Shown here: positions 38,559-48,959 of the stretch, in pieces
How positions within the stretch are numbered: position 1 is the stretch's first letter
Layout of the letters: each line of letters starts with the position of its first letter
Source of the DNA: Actinomycetales bacterium
GTDB lineage: Bacteria > Actinomycetota > Actinomycetes > JAJZTN01
Length of the DNA stretch: 64,000 nucleotides
NCBI GenBank assembly: GCA_051960855.1
Contig: JBQCDV010000038.1
Span: 2,625-66,624 of the forward strand
Direction of reading: 5' to 3'
The notes under the pieces: model-generated
Database searches by the model: none
What the model was told of the DNA's origin: nothing
Seen by the model: only the letters and a program-made list of their open reading frames with translations
Made by a program: the position numbers and the translations under genes

Positions 38559-39917
38559 ATGGCGACGATCCCAGCGCGTGAGTCGGGGCTTCGGGTCGTC
38601 GTGGAGTCGATGCTCGATCAGGCTGAAGAAGTGTGTGTATACCTCAACGGATATGAGGAGGTCCCTGACTGGCTCGCTGCGGCCCCCCGGGTTGTTGCGC
38701 GACTTGGCGAGGATCTTGGCGACCGAGGCAAGTTCGCGTTTGTTGATGGCTTCGATGGGGTCTACCTGACGGTCGACGACGACATCGCCTACCCGCCCGA
38801 CTATGTCGCGGCCACGGTGTCCGGACTCCAGCGGTACCCCGGCGCCGTGGTGGGCTGGCACGGGAGCCTCCTCGATCCGGACATCACCGACTACTACGAC
38901 CACAGCAAACGCCACGTGTTCAATCACGGCAGGGCGTGCCTGCGCGATGAGGTCGTCCACGTGCTCGGGACGGGTGCACTCGGCTTCGATACTCGTGCGC
39001 TGAGCGTCTCCCTCCGCGACTTCGAGGTCCCTAACACCGCTGACCTCTACTTTGCGCGGCTGTGTCAACGACAGGCCGTGCCCCAAGTGGTTCTCGCTCA
39101 CCCTCCGGGGTGGGCGCCGCCGATCCCTTTTCCCCGTGAGGCCACGATCTGGGGTGCCTCTGTAGACAACAACGCCTCGAGGTTCGACACGCGCACCGCA
39201 GCGGCCGCGCTTCTGCCCGAGCTGGCTGCCATGCGCCTGTCGACCCTGGCTACGGCCGGTCCGCTGGCCGTCTTGCGGGTCCGCGACGCTGAGCGAGCCG
39301 TCGGAGTGGAGGCAGCCCTTCGGACGCTCCTGATGCCCTTCCGGATCGCTGTCGCGACCATTGCTGACGAGGCTGCCCACAGTGCTGGCGCTGCCCCGAT
39401 GACTGCCACCGACTCGGGCGCTGCAGAAAACCGTCCGTCCGGCTGGACGGTCTCAGCGGCCACCGACGGAGGGACGCTCGTGTTGACCGGCGACCACGGA
39501 AGGGTGCGCTTTCCGTGGCCGCTGCTGCTGGGCCCCGACACCGCCGCGGTGGACCCGAGCGGCGTGGTCCTCGCGGCAGAACCAGAGCGGCATGCCTCGC
39601 TTACAAGGCGGCTCGCCGAAGAGGAACTGCACCATGTGACCGTGGTCAACCCCCTATCGCCGCTCGACCGTCATCCCGGGCAACTGCTGCTGTGGGCCAT
39701 CCCTCGACTCGCCGGCGCGCCTGACGATGGCACTTGCTTGGCTGCAGCGGCGTTCGAGCCGGTCGTCGAAGCCGACCTCGTTGCGACGGTGCGCCGGCTT
39801 CTTGACCGCCCCGACGTGGCGGCGGCCATGCTGGACGCACAGCTGGCGGCAACTGGCCGGCGGGCGCGAACAAAATGCGGGTCTGCGCTCTGGAACTGGC
39901 TGCAGGAGCAGGCCTAG
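38559..39917 (+). CDS. Putative GT-A fold glycosyltransferase (DXD)
   Basis: 'MATIPARESGLRVVVESMLDQAEEVCVYLNGY ... YLTVDDDIAYPPDYV' resembles nucleotide-diphospho-sugar transferases. Start set at the internal ATG. Visibly lower GC than the window average. Confidence 0.45.
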   Translation: MATIPARESGLRVVVESMLDQAEEVCVYLNGYEEVPDWLAAAPRVVARLGEDLGDRGKFAFVDGFDGVYLTVDDDIAYPPDYVAATVSGLQRYPGAVVGWHGSLLDPDITDYYDHSKRHVFNHGRACLRDEVVHVLGTGALGFDTRALSVSLRDFEVPNTADLYFARLCQRQAVPQVVLAHPPGWAPPIPFPREATIWGASVDNNASRFDTRTAAAALLPELAAMRLSTLATAGPLAVLRVRDAERAVGVEAALRTLLMPFRIAVATIADEAAHSAGAAPMTATDSGAAENRPSGWTVSAATDGGTLVLTGDHGRVRFPWPLLLGPDTAAVDPSGVVLAAEPERHASLTRRLAEEELHHVTVVNPLSPLDRHPGQLLLWAIPRLAGAPDDGTCLAAAAFEPVVEADLVATVRRLLDRPDVAAAMLDAQLAATGRRARTKCGSALWNWLQEQA

Positions 39918-41068
39918 AGCGACAGCAACGCGAATTCCTGCTCCCACCGATCCGCAACGACCTGAGGGCTGAACCGCTGGACCGACGCGTGCGCTGCCTC
40001 ACCCAGGCGACGGCGCAGCGTCGGGTCGACCATGAGCCGCTCCATCGCAGCGGCTAGCGCGTCGAGGTTGCCTGGCGGAAGCACGAGTCCGTCGGACTCG
40101 TCGGTCACGAGCTCGCGCACTCCTGGTGCCACGTCGAAGGCGATGCACGGAAGGCCGTACTCCATTGCCTCCGTGAGGACGACCGGCATTCCCTCGCTAC
40201 GTGACGACAGCACGTAGATCGAGGCCTCCTGCAGGGCTGCACCGACGTCGGTCGTGGCACCCATGAGCTGGACGCTCCCCTGCAGCTCGAGTTCGTCAAT
40301 CTGCTCCTGGAGTGACGCCCGGAGCGGCCCGTCCCCGTAGATCCGCAGCCGCCATTCCGGGTGGCGAGGGGTCAGGCGAGCCCAGGCGGAGATGAGCATG
40401 TCGAAGCCCTTCTCCGGGGCCAAGCGCCCAAGAGACACGACGGTGGGAGCAGTGAGGTCGCTCGTGCGTTCAGCGAGGACGCCTAGTGGGTTGGGAATGT
40501 AGCCCGCGTTCGTCATCCCGTCGAAGGCCCACAGGTCCGCGTCGCGCTGTGTCAGGAGCAGGAACCGATCCGCTCCCGCAAAGAAGCGCTTCACTCGGGC
40601 GTATCGCCCTGACTGACGTGAGGCCTGATAGGACTCGTGGCTCATTCCGATGACCAACGCTCCGGCAGTGTCTGCCAACCGCACCCACTCCATCGCCCAG
40701 ACTTGGGTAACGATGACAATCGGGTCGTCGGCCTGCCGAATCAGTGCCGTCAACTTCGCGGCGCCGCTGCGCTGGACGGAAACGCGGCGCCGGCGCTCGA
40801 TCTGGCGCCTGACATTGAGATTGTGCAGCAAGTGCGGCGGATGCCAGTAATTTGGCGGGTCCGCCTCATGAAGAATGGTGACAGGGTGTCCGTAGGTCGC
40901 CGGGTCATAGTGAGCATCGCGAGAGTGGACGATGCCGACCAGACGGACACGGTAGCCCCTTCCCGCAAGAAGCTCCGCGAGCGACAGGACGAAGCGGGTC
41001 ATCCCTCCCAGGTCCTCGATGTTGTTGGCCACGATGAAGACGTCGCGGGAACGGATCTGATCGCTCAC
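39914..41068 (-). CDS. Glycosyltransferase family 4 (group 1)
   Basis: 'VFIVANNIEDLGGMTRFVLSLAELLAGRGYRVRLVGI ... EGMPVVLTEAMEYGLPCIAFD'. GTG start overlaps the upstream stop (GTGA). Paralogous to the C-terminal domain of the 1345-aa fusion. Confidence 0.8.
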   Translation of the reverse strand: MSDQIRSRDVFIVANNIEDLGGMTRFVLSLAELLAGRGYRVRLVGIVHSRDAHYDPATYGHPVTILHEADPPNYWHPPHLLHNLNVRRQIERRRRVSVQRSGAAKLTALIRQADDPIVIVTQVWAMEWVRLADTAGALVIGMSHESYQASRQSGRYARVKRFFAGADRFLLLTQRDADLWAFDGMTNAGYIPNPLGVLAERTSDLTAPTVVSLGRLAPEKGFDMLISAWARLTPRHPEWRLRIYGDGPLRASLQEQIDELELQGSVQLMGATTDVGAALQEASIYVLSSRSEGMPVVLTEAMEYGLPCIAFDVAPGVRELVTDESDGLVLPPGNLDALAAAMERLMVDPTLRRRLGEAAHASVQRFSPQVVADRWEQEFALLSL

Positions 41069-43899
41069 TGCGGAAGCTCCACCAGCTCTGGAAACAGATC
41101 GTCGACGACTTGACGGGCCGCGTCGCCGCGGTCGTACTCGCAGTAGGAGGCGAGGAAGCGGTCGTAGCGGGCGGCGAACTGCGGCTGCCACGAGTCGACG
41201 TCCGACAGCCTCTCGACCAACTCATCTGAGGTCTCGACAAGTGGGCCGGGAGCCTCCTGCGAGAGATCGAAGTACGCGCCGCGCTCACTCGACACGTAGC
41301 TGTCATAGTCGTAGGTGTAAAAGATCATCGGCCGGCCGGTGAGAGCGAAGTCGAACATCACCGAGGAGTAGTCGGTGACCAGAAGGTCGGCCGCAAGCAT
41401 CAGTGGCGTGATGTCGGGAAGCTGCGAGACATCCCGAGCCACATGGCGTGCGGACTCCGGCAGTCGCGAGCGGTCGAGGTAGTGCGACCGCACGAGCAGC
41501 AGAGTGCCGGGCAGCTTCTCGGCGAAGGCCTGGAGGTCGATCGGCAGTTCAAACTCTTCGTGGCCGCCGCGGTAGCTCTCGCGAAAGGTGGGCGCATAGA
41601 GCACGATGCGCCGGTCCTCTGGAAGCCCAAGCGCGCGCCGCGCGGCGACTTTGGCCTCGGTGTCGGCGCCAACGAGAGGATCGTTGCGGGGGTAGCCAGT
41701 TCGCAAGAGTTGCCCCGTCACGTGCAATCCCCGGACGAGTGTCCGGACATCGTGCTCGCTCCGCACCAGGAAGTCATCCCACCGCGCCACCATGGCCCGG
41801 TGCGCGGCGCGAGCCACATCGCTCTGGCGCAGGAGACCCGGGCTGTCCTCGCCCATCCGCTTGAGCGCGCTCCCATGCCAGGTCTGGAGGTATCGGACCC
41901 GACCGGGTTTGACCACGTCGCGGGGAAATCCTTGGTTGTCAACCCACACCTCAGCGCGGGCGAGGGCCATCCACCAGGCCCAAGACCCGCGTTTCACGAG
42001 GCTCGCGGAGCGCGGAAATCCACTGCGGTCGCGGGCGTAGGACCACACCAGCTCCCAGCGCTCGGCGTCTGGGCGTCCGTCCAGTCGGCGTCGTAGCTCC
42101 TCGTACACGTATTTTGGAGAGTCGGAGTAAGACCGTCCCATATGGCTCTCAAAGACGACGGTGCGACGACGGCGCGGCAGGTGTGTCAGCACCGTCCGGA
42201 AGACACTCGCCTTCGTGTCCTGGCTTGCTAGGGAGGTGGTGAGCTCCTTCCGAAATGCTCGAAGCCTGTCCCGAAGCACTGAAGCGGCGGAGCCAGCTGC
42301 CACGGTGCGCACCAGCTCATCCGCAGCGCGGGTCGATCGCCGCATCGCGGTCGCCTGCAGCGCGAGGTTGCCGTTGCGGGTCCGGTAGGTCTCAACCGCG
42401 TCGAACAGAGCGGCCGGTTGGCGCCGGGCGAGTGGGACGACAGCGGGCGCCGCGTCGGGAGGGAGCGAGAGCGGAAGGTAGGCCTCGTCCCGGCCGACCT
42501 GGATGCGCAGGTTGACGTCCCAGACCCGGTCGAGCGGAGTGCGGGGCGTGACGAGCTGACCGACGGGCACAGCCGCCCGCCAGCGCACCATCCCGTCCGT
42601 GAATTCCACGTCCGTGGCAGGAACCTCGCCGCCGGCAGTCCCACCGCGCTGCCGGACCCGGACGGTGAACACGGCGTCCCGTGGGATGCGACCAAAGTGG
42701 TTGCGCGTTTCTGCGCTTATGTTGAGTCGTCGAGGGTCGCACGAGAGCTCGCTGATGGTCGATGTCAGCGGCAGCTTCGCGAGAGGTAGGTCCTGCCAAC
42801 CGAGGCTCGTCACATCGAGCCACTCGCGATCTTCGGCGTCCTGCGGGAGACCCCAGAAGATGCGGCCGCCCTCGCGGACGAGGTCGACGTCGAGCTTGCG
42901 GCCCTGCGTGAGGTAGGCGCTCAAGGCCACGAGGCGGCGCGCGTCACGGCGCCGGATCAGGTGGGCGGCGACCGCTAGCAGCCGATCCGCCTTGTCGTAG
43001 GCCTCAGGACCGATGTGCTCGAGATAGGCACCCATGAGTGTCATGAACCGCTCGTGGAACTCCGGCGTCCGCAGCGGCAGGTCGTTCAGGTAGAGCCGCA
43101 GGTCCTGCTTGAGAAACTTGACGTCCTTGTGGTTGCGCAGTTCCTCGCGGCCGTGCTCCGCGAAGAAGGCGTCGATGTCGTGGTGGATCGAGAGGCGGTT
43201 TTCGAGCCCGGTGATGTCGTCGCGGCGGTTGGTGATGGAGAGGCTCGTCGCTTTCTCGGCGACGTTCCAGAAATAGACGACGGGCGGGATCAGGGTGATA
43301 CCGCGTGCAAGACAGTAGGCCTTTGCCGTGAAGAGCAGGTCCTCATACTGGCGCCCATCCGGGAACCGAAGACCCTCACGGTCGAGGAACTCACGACGGT
43401 AGAGCTTGTTGGTCGAGATGGTGTCGTAAAGAAGGTCTGGTTGTTCGTCGACGTCCTGGTAGGTCACCGTCGAGCGGTAGAGCCATTCGTACCAAGGCGT
43501 CACGCGACCGCCCTGATCGAGATGCACACGCACAATGCGGCCCGAGACGATGTCGCTGCCGGTCCGCACCGCCGCCTCGTAGAGATTGCGACAGGCGTGG
43601 TGATCGATCGTGTCGTCGCTGTCCAGGAAGAAAAGGAAGGGGGCCGAGCTCGCGGCGATGCCGGCATTGCGAGGCGTTCCGGGCGCCCCCGAGTTGGTGT
43701 CCAGCCGCACGAAGCTGACCCGGTCGTGATCGCGAGCCAGCTGCGCGGCGACCTCGGGTGTGTTGTCGGTCGAGGCGTCGTCGACGATGACGACCTCGAC
43801 CGCGCGAAGCGACTGCGCCAAGGCAGAGGCCACCGCCTGCGGGAGCCGGTTCGGATCGTTGTGGACGATGACCACTACCGCGACAAGAGCATCGGTCAC
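41065..43899 (-). CDS. Bifunctional GT2 glycosyltransferase plus CDP-glycerol glycerophosphotransferase (TagF family)
   Basis: N-terminal '[24 protein letters not shown] ... [12 protein letters not shown] ... FLDSDDTI' is GT2. C-terminal '[13 protein letters not shown] ... VLYAPTFRE ... [11 protein letters not shown] ... [11 protein letters not shown]' is TagF-like. Start set at the GTG overlapping the scoB stop. The ORF is open to 44127. Lower GC. Confidence 0.75.
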   Translation of the reverse strand: MTDALVAVVVIVHNDPNRLPQAVASALAQSLRAVEVVIVDDASTDNTPEVAAQLARDHDRVSFVRLDTNSGAPGTPRNAGIAASSAPFLFFLDSDDTIDHHACRNLYEAAVRTGSDIVSGRIVRVHLDQGGRVTPWYEWLYRSTVTYQDVDEQPDLLYDTISTNKLYRREFLDREGLRFPDGRQYEDLLFTAKAYCLARGITLIPPVVYFWNVAEKATSLSITNRRDDITGLENRLSIHHDIDAFFAEHGREELRNHKDVKFLKQDLRLYLNDLPLRTPEFHERFMTLMGAYLEHIGPEAYDKADRLLAVAAHLIRRRDARRLVALSAYLTQGRKLDVDLVREGGRIFWGLPQDAEDREWLDVTSLGWQDLPLAKLPLTSTISELSCDPRRLNISAETRNHFGRIPRDAVFTVRVRQRGGTAGGEVPATDVEFTDGMVRWRAAVPVGQLVTPRTPLDRVWDVNLRIQVGRDEAYLPLSLPPDAAPAVVPLARRQPAALFDAVETYRTRNGNLALQATAMRRSTRAADELVRTVAAGSAASVLRDRLRAFRKELTTSLASQDTKASVFRTVLTHLPRRRRTVVFESHMGRSYSDSPKYVYEELRRRLDGRPDAERWELVWSYARDRSGFPRSASLVKRGSWAWWMALARAEVWVDNQGFPRDVVKPGRVRYLQTWHGSALKRMGEDSPGLLRQSDVARAAHRAMVARWDDFLVRSEHDVRTLVRGLHVTGQLLRTGYPRNDPLVGADTEAKVAARRALGLPEDRRIVLYAPTFRESYRGGHEEFELPIDLQAFAEKLPGTLLLVRSHYLDRSRLPESARHVARDVSQLPDITPLMLAADLLVTDYSSVMFDFALTGRPMIFYTYDYDSYVSSERGAYFDLSQEAPGPLVETSDELVERLSDVDSWQPQFAARYDRFLASYCEYDRGDAARQVVDDLFPELVELPQ

Positions 43900-44597
43900 G
43901 CGGGCGACCCCGCCGCGTTGCGAACGTCGTTGCTGTCGCCTCCGTCGGCGACCGGGTGCAGGTCGGGGGCCACGATGAGCGACGGCTCGGTCTTGTCCCG
44001 GACCTCCTCGACGGTGACGCCGGGGGCGAGCTCGCGCAGCACGAGCCCCTCCGGGGTGACGTCGATGACCGCGAGGTCCGTGATGATCCGCTGGACTACG
44101 GCCTTGCCGGTGAGCGGCAGGGCGCACTCGTCGACAATCTTGTAGCTGCCGTCTTTGGCCACGTGCTCCATCAGCACGATGACCTTCTTCGCGCCGTGGA
44201 CGAGGTCCATGGCGCCACCCATCCCCTTGACCATCTTGCCGGGGATCATCCAGTTGGCCAGGTCTCCGCTCGCCGACACCTGCATGGCTCCGAGGATGGC
44301 TGCGTCGACGGCGCCGCCCCGGATCATTCCGAAGCTCAGCGAGGAGTCGAAGAAGACCGCTCCCGGCAGCAGGGTGACGGTTTCCTTGCCGGCGTTGATG
44401 AGGTCGGGATCCTCGTCGCCTTCGTAGGGGTAGGGGCCGACGCCGAGGATGCCGTTCTCGCTCTGGAGCACGACGGTCACGCCCTCGGGAAGGTAGTTGG
44501 GCACCAGCGTCGGCAGCCCGATGCCGAGGTTGACGTAGGCGCCGTCCGGCAGCTCGCGGGCCGCGCGCGCGGCCATCTGCTCGCGGGTGAGAGCCAT
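43896..44597 (-). CDS. scoB: 3-oxoacid CoA-transferase subunit B
   Basis: '[30 protein letters not shown] ... ENGILGVGP'. ATG overlaps the scoA stop (TGATG). Confidence 0.85.
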   Translation of the reverse strand: MALTREQMAARAARELPDGAYVNLGIGLPTLVPNYLPEGVTVVLQSENGILGVGPYPYEGDEDPDLINAGKETVTLLPGAVFFDSSLSFGMIRGGAVDAAILGAMQVSASGDLANWMIPGKMVKGMGGAMDLVHGAKKVIVLMEHVAKDGSYKIVDECALPLTGKAVVQRIITDLAVIDVTPEGLVLRELAPGVTVEEVRDKTEPSLIVAPDLHPVADGGDSNDVRNAAGSPA

Positions 44598-45427
44598 CAG
44601 GACCCCATCTCCTCTCCGGTGCCGGCCTCGACCGGCACGGCCGGGACGACTGGCACGGCCGGCACAGCCTGCTCCGACCGGGGCCGCACGGTGCGCTTCT
44701 CGATCCGCTTCTCCACCTCGGGGCCGACGACCACGACGCGCTGGACGAAGATGCCGGGCAGATGGATCTCGTCCGGGTCCAGCTCCCCGGGCTCCACGAG
44801 CTCCTCGACCTCGGCGATGGTCACGCGGCCGGCCATCGCGCACAGCGGGTTGAAGTTACGCGCGGACTTGTTGAAGACGAGATTGCCGTGCCGGTCGCCC
44901 TTCCACGCGTGCACGAGGCCGAAGTCGGTCGTGATGGCCTCCTCGAGCACGTAGGTGCGCCCGCCGAACTCCCGCGTCTCCTTGACAGGGCTGGCGAGGG
45001 CGACAGAGCCGTCCGGGTGGTAGCGCCACGGGAGGCCGCCCTCGGCAACCTGGGTACCCACGCCGGTGGCTGTGTAGAAGGCCGGGACCCCGACTCCGCC
45101 GGCGCGCAGCCGCTCCGCGAGCGTGCCCTGGGGGGTGAGCTCGACCTCCAGCTCGCCGGAGAGGAACTGGCGGGCGAACTCCTTGTTCTCGCCGACGTAC
45201 GACGAGGTCATCCGGGCGATGCGGCGGTCGGCCAGCAGGATCCCGAGCCCCCAGTCGTCCACTCCGCAGTTGTTCGAGACGACCCTGAGGCCCCCGACGC
45301 CCCGGTCGTGCAGCGCCCGGATCAGCTGCATCGGGTTGCCGCACAGCCCGAAGCCCCCGACCGCGAGGGACGACCCCTCCGCGACGTCGGCAACAGCCTC
45401 GGCTGCACTTGCGACGACCTTGTCCAC
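44597..45427 (-). CDS. scoA: 3-oxoacid CoA-transferase subunit A
   Basis: '[32 protein letters not shown]'. GTG start preceded by GGAGGAGG. Confidence 0.85.
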   Translation of the reverse strand: MDKVVASAAEAVADVAEGSSLAVGGFGLCGNPMQLIRALHDRGVGGLRVVSNNCGVDDWGLGILLADRRIARMTSSYVGENKEFARQFLSGELEVELTPQGTLAERLRAGGVGVPAFYTATGVGTQVAEGGLPWRYHPDGSVALASPVKETREFGGRTYVLEEAITTDFGLVHAWKGDRHGNLVFNKSARNFNPLCAMAGRVTIAEVEELVEPGELDPDEIHLPGIFVQRVVVVGPEVEKRIEKRTVRPRSEQAVPAVPVVPAVPVEAGTGEEMGS

Positions 45428-45624
45428 GTCTGCCTCCTCCGTTCCTCGGCACTCTAACGGCCCGCCCGCCGCGGCCCGATGTCCCACACTCGGCCTTTGC
45501 TTGCCGCTAGCCTCGCGCGGGCTCCTGATGATCCATTCGGGTGAAATCCCCGTGCCCGCCTCGCGTGGCCGCTTGCCGCGCGACTTCAGGACCACGCCGT
45601 TCCGGTCGAGGGGGAGAGGTGCGC

Positions 45625-47976
45625 GTGTCCCACCTGAGGTCGTTCGTCTGCATCCGCCGAGGCCGTGCGGTTCTCGCCGCGGCCGCTGCCCTGGCTACGG
45701 CCGCGACGACGGGGCCGGTGCTGTCGGGTGCTCTGGCGTCGGCCGCCGTCGCCGCTGTCGCACCCCCATCGTTCGTGCTGCACGGCAGCGGGTGGGGCCA
45801 CGGCGTGGGGATGAGCCAGTACGGCGCCTATGCGCAGGCACGCGCTGGCCGGAGCGCCGCCACGATCCTGGGCATGTACTTCCCGGGGACGTCTCTGGGG
45901 AACGTCGACGACACCGCGACCGCCGTTGTGAACCTGCTGCACGACACCTCCTCGACCACGTTCGGCGTCGCGGGCGTGGCCGGTGGGACGGCTGCGGTCG
46001 CGCTCACCGTCCCGGCGGGTTCGACCGTGACGCAGACGAGCCCGCCGCCGGCCTCGAACACCCCCACCGCCACTGCGAGCGACACCACGACACCGACGAC
46101 ACCGACACCGACGACGACGCCGTCCCCCACGCCGACGGGAGGCAGCGTCCTGCCGGCAGACACGGTGCTGCTCACGGCCACGTCGGCAGCGACCTTCCGG
46201 ATCGCCAGCGACAGCACGCGTGGCGTCATGGTGACCTCAAGCGACGGGCGGGCCTGGTCGGTGCAGCCGGCCGCGCCGTTGCGGGTGACGTGGTCGGGTG
46301 CCACCGGCGGGCCGAACGGCGCCAATGGCCTGCTGAAGGTCACCGGACCGACCGGGGGCTACACGACCTACCGCTACGGCCAGGTCTCGTTGCGGTGGGA
46401 CCGGACCAGCACCGGCTCCAACCTCGAGACGGTCCTGACGCTGCCGGTAGCGGCGTACCTGCTTGGTATCGGCGAGATGCCCTCGTCGTGGGGCGTCTCC
46501 GGGGCGGCGGCCCTGCAGGCTCAGGCGATCGTGGCCCGCACGTACGCACTGCGCGCCGTCGCCGCGAACTCCGCCAGCAAGCGGGCCACCTGCGCCTGCC
46601 AGCTCTACGACACGACGGCCGACCAGGTCTACGTCGGCTGGTCCAAGGAGTCCGACCCGACCTACGGCGCCTACTGGCGTGCGGCAGTGACCGCGACAGC
46701 CGGCAAGGCCGTGACCTACCAAGGCGCCCTCGCGCAGACCTACTACTCCTCCAGCAACGGGGGCCGGACCGAGTCCGCCGCCGATGTGTGGGGCGGGTCC
46801 GTGCCCTACCTGACGTCCGTCGCAGACCCGTGGAGCCTGAGCTCCGTGAACCCCAACCGGGCCTGGTCGGCGACGATCAGCCAGGCGAAGATGGCCTCCG
46901 CCTTCGGTCTCCCGGACGTCATGCGCCTGGACCTGTCACGGCGCACGGCCGGCGGCGGGATCCGCCAGGCGACCGCGACGTCCAGCAGCGGGGCGACTGC
47001 GACGCTCAGCGGGGCCACCCTGGCCTCCCGCCTCGGCCTACGGGCCCGGTGGGTCCAGCGGCTGACCGACCGGGCCGGCGGCGCCGACCGCTTCGCGACC
47101 GCGGTTGCGATCGCTGCGAAGGTCAGCTCTCCGGCGTCTGTCGCCGTCCTCGCGAACGGCGAGGACGAGCATCTCGTTGACGGCGTGGTGGCGGGTCCAT
47201 TGGCTGACGCGGCACGCGGCGTCGTCCTGCTGGCCGACACCACCTCGCTGCCCGCAGCGACGACCGCCGAGCTCACACGCCGCCGGCCCAGCACGGTCTA
47301 CCTGGTCGGCGGCACAGCGGCCCTGGGACCGCAGGTCGAGGCGCAGCTCGCGCAGCTGCTGCCGGGGACGACCGTCGTGCGTGAGGGGGGCGCCGACCGC
47401 TACGAGACCGCCGCGCTGGTCAGCCGCGAGGCCCGCCGGCTGGTCCCGGCTTCGACCGGTGCCGCGAGCGCCCTGGTCGCCCCCGGAGACAACGCGCAGG
47501 CGCTGCTCGATGCGCTGGTCGCCGCTGGTCCGGCCGCCGCTCTCTCGCGCCCGCTGCTGCTGGTGTCGAAGACGTCGCTGCCCGCCTCGACGGCGGCCGC
47601 TCTCAAGGACCTCGGGATCACCTCGACGACCGTGGTCGCTACGGGCGGATCGGTCGCTGACAGTGTCGTCGCGCAACTGCCCGCGCCGGTCGCGGTGCGG
47701 GGGGCCGACCAGGTCGCCACGGCGGCGGCCGTCGCTACGGCGTTCAGCGCCAGTGTTGGCACGGGCACCGTGGTGCTGGCGAAGAACGCCGGGGCGCCAG
47801 TCGACGCCCTCGCTGCTGCCAGCCTGGGGCGGCTCATCCTGCTGACGGACCCCGTGGCGCTGCCGACTGCGACCGCGCAGTGGCTTCAGTCCCACGGCCA
47901 GGTCGACACCGTGCTAGCCGTCGGCGGCACAGCGGTGGTGTCGGCCGCGACGCTGACGGCGGCCGCGCAGAGCTAG
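45625..47976 (+). CDS. Secreted SpoIID/LytB-domain protein with C-terminal cell-wall-binding repeat 2 (CWB2) modules
   Basis: GTG start with a GGAGAGG RBS and a signal peptide. '[15 protein letters not shown]' is SpoIID-like. The C-terminal half has three repeats of 'DR(F/Y)(A/E)TAxxxx ... LxxGxxxxxxDGxxxxPLA', typical of CWB2. Confidence 0.7.
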   Translation: MSHLRSFVCIRRGRAVLAAAAALATAATTGPVLSGALASAAVAAVAPPSFVLHGSGWGHGVGMSQYGAYAQARAGRSAATILGMYFPGTSLGNVDDTATAVVNLLHDTSSTTFGVAGVAGGTAAVALTVPAGSTVTQTSPPPASNTPTATASDTTTPTTPTPTTTPSPTPTGGSVLPADTVLLTATSAATFRIASDSTRGVMVTSSDGRAWSVQPAAPLRVTWSGATGGPNGANGLLKVTGPTGGYTTYRYGQVSLRWDRTSTGSNLETVLTLPVAAYLLGIGEMPSSWGVSGAAALQAQAIVARTYALRAVAANSASKRATCACQLYDTTADQVYVGWSKESDPTYGAYWRAAVTATAGKAVTYQGALAQTYYSSSNGGRTESAADVWGGSVPYLTSVADPWSLSSVNPNRAWSATISQAKMASAFGLPDVMRLDLSRRTAGGGIRQATATSSSGATATLSGATLASRLGLRARWVQRLTDRAGGADRFATAVAIAAKVSSPASVAVLANGEDEHLVDGVVAGPLADAARGVVLLADTTSLPAATTAELTRRRPSTVYLVGGTAALGPQVEAQLAQLLPGTTVVREGGADRYETAALVSREARRLVPASTGAASALVAPGDNAQALLDALVAAGPAAALSRPLLLVSKTSLPASTAAALKDLGITSTTVVATGGSVADSVVAQLPAPVAVRGADQVATAAAVATAFSASVGTGTVVLAKNAGAPVDALAAASLGRLILLTDPVALPTATAQWLQSHGQVDTVLAVGGTAVVSAATLTAAAQS

Positions 47977-48764
47977 AGCAGGACCTCGTCGACCCGCTCG
48001 GAGGCGATGCGCCGCTCCACGACTGCCGCGTCGAGGTGGCGGCAGAGCACCAGCGACCCGCCGGAGCTGAGCGCGCCCAGCAGGTGCGCGGCGACCGCGG
48101 GGTCCAGCGGCGAGCGGTCGGTCAGCAGCCGCGCTCCTGCTGGGACGACGCCTGCGGCCCGCACGTCGCGCAGCGACAGCGAGCTGCCGTCGCGCACGAG
48201 GGCGGCAGCCATGGGGTCGGGGGTCGCCACGACCGGGGCGATGTCGGGCTGAGCGAGCAGGGCGCGGTCGGCGTCGTGGCCTCCCTCGAGCAGCGGCTCC
48301 GGCGCGGGCGCGTTGAGCGGCGCCAGAGCGGTGACCAGCACCTGCCACGACGGAGCGGAGACGGCTCCCACTGCTGAGCCGGTGTCGTGCCCCGTGGCGG
48401 CCGAATGCACCGCGGGGGGTCCGACAACGACGGCGGCCGGCTCCCCGGACGGCGTTCGGGGATCGCCTGACCCGTCCTCTCGCAGGTCCACCACCGTCAC
48501 GCCGCAGGACCAGGCCGCGAGGAGCCAGACGCAGGCCTGCCAGTGCGGGGGCAGCGCGATGCCGAGGGCGTCTCCGTCTTCGAGCTCGAGGTCGGTGACG
48601 AGCAGGTTGCCGGCCTTGGCGACCCAGTTCGCCGCGGTCGCCACCGACAGCTCCGTGCGTTCGCCGGTCGCGTCGTCGTAGTACGTGACCAGCGGGCGCG
48701 CCGCGTCCCGGCGCAGGGCCTGCCGGAGCAGCTCGGCAACGTCGACCTCGGAGGCAGCGGGCAT
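47973..48764 (-). CDS. Conserved actinobacterial hypothetical protein (TIGR03089-like)
   Basis: Soluble, about 260 aa, no catalytic motif recognised. Family assignment is from memory of typical manC-neighbourhood genes. Start set at the internal ATG (MPAASEVD). Confidence 0.35.
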   Translation of the reverse strand: MPAASEVDVAELLRQALRRDAARPLVTYYDDATGERTELSVATAANWVAKAGNLLVTDLELEDGDALGIALPPHWQACVWLLAAWSCGVTVVDLREDGSGDPRTPSGEPAAVVVGPPAVHSAATGHDTGSAVGAVSAPSWQVLVTALAPLNAPAPEPLLEGGHDADRALLAQPDIAPVVATPDPMAAALVRDGSSLSLRDVRAAGVVPAGARLLTDRSPLDPAVAAHLLGALSSGGSLVLCRHLDAAVVERRIASERVDEVLL

Positions 48765-48815
48765 GCCCGCCACCCTAGATCGGTCTCGCCGGACGTCGAA
48801 CTCGCCGCGACCCTG

Positions 48816-48878
48816 CAGGTTGGCCAGGTGGGCCAGGTAGGCCAGGCTTGCCACGTGGGCCAGGTTGGCCACGTTGTC
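48816..48878. repeat. Seven tandem copies of a degenerate 9-bp unit CAGGTNGGC / CACGTGGGC in a divergent intergenic region
   Basis: Direct reading. Located between the TIGR03089-like gene start (48764) and the manC start (48960). Confidence 0.6.
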
Positions 48879-48959
48879 GGTGCCGGTGCGTAGGCTTCGC
48901 CAGCATCACGTTGCGTCCGAACGGCGCTGCCGGAGGCGGGCGAGCGTCGTCGGCGACCT

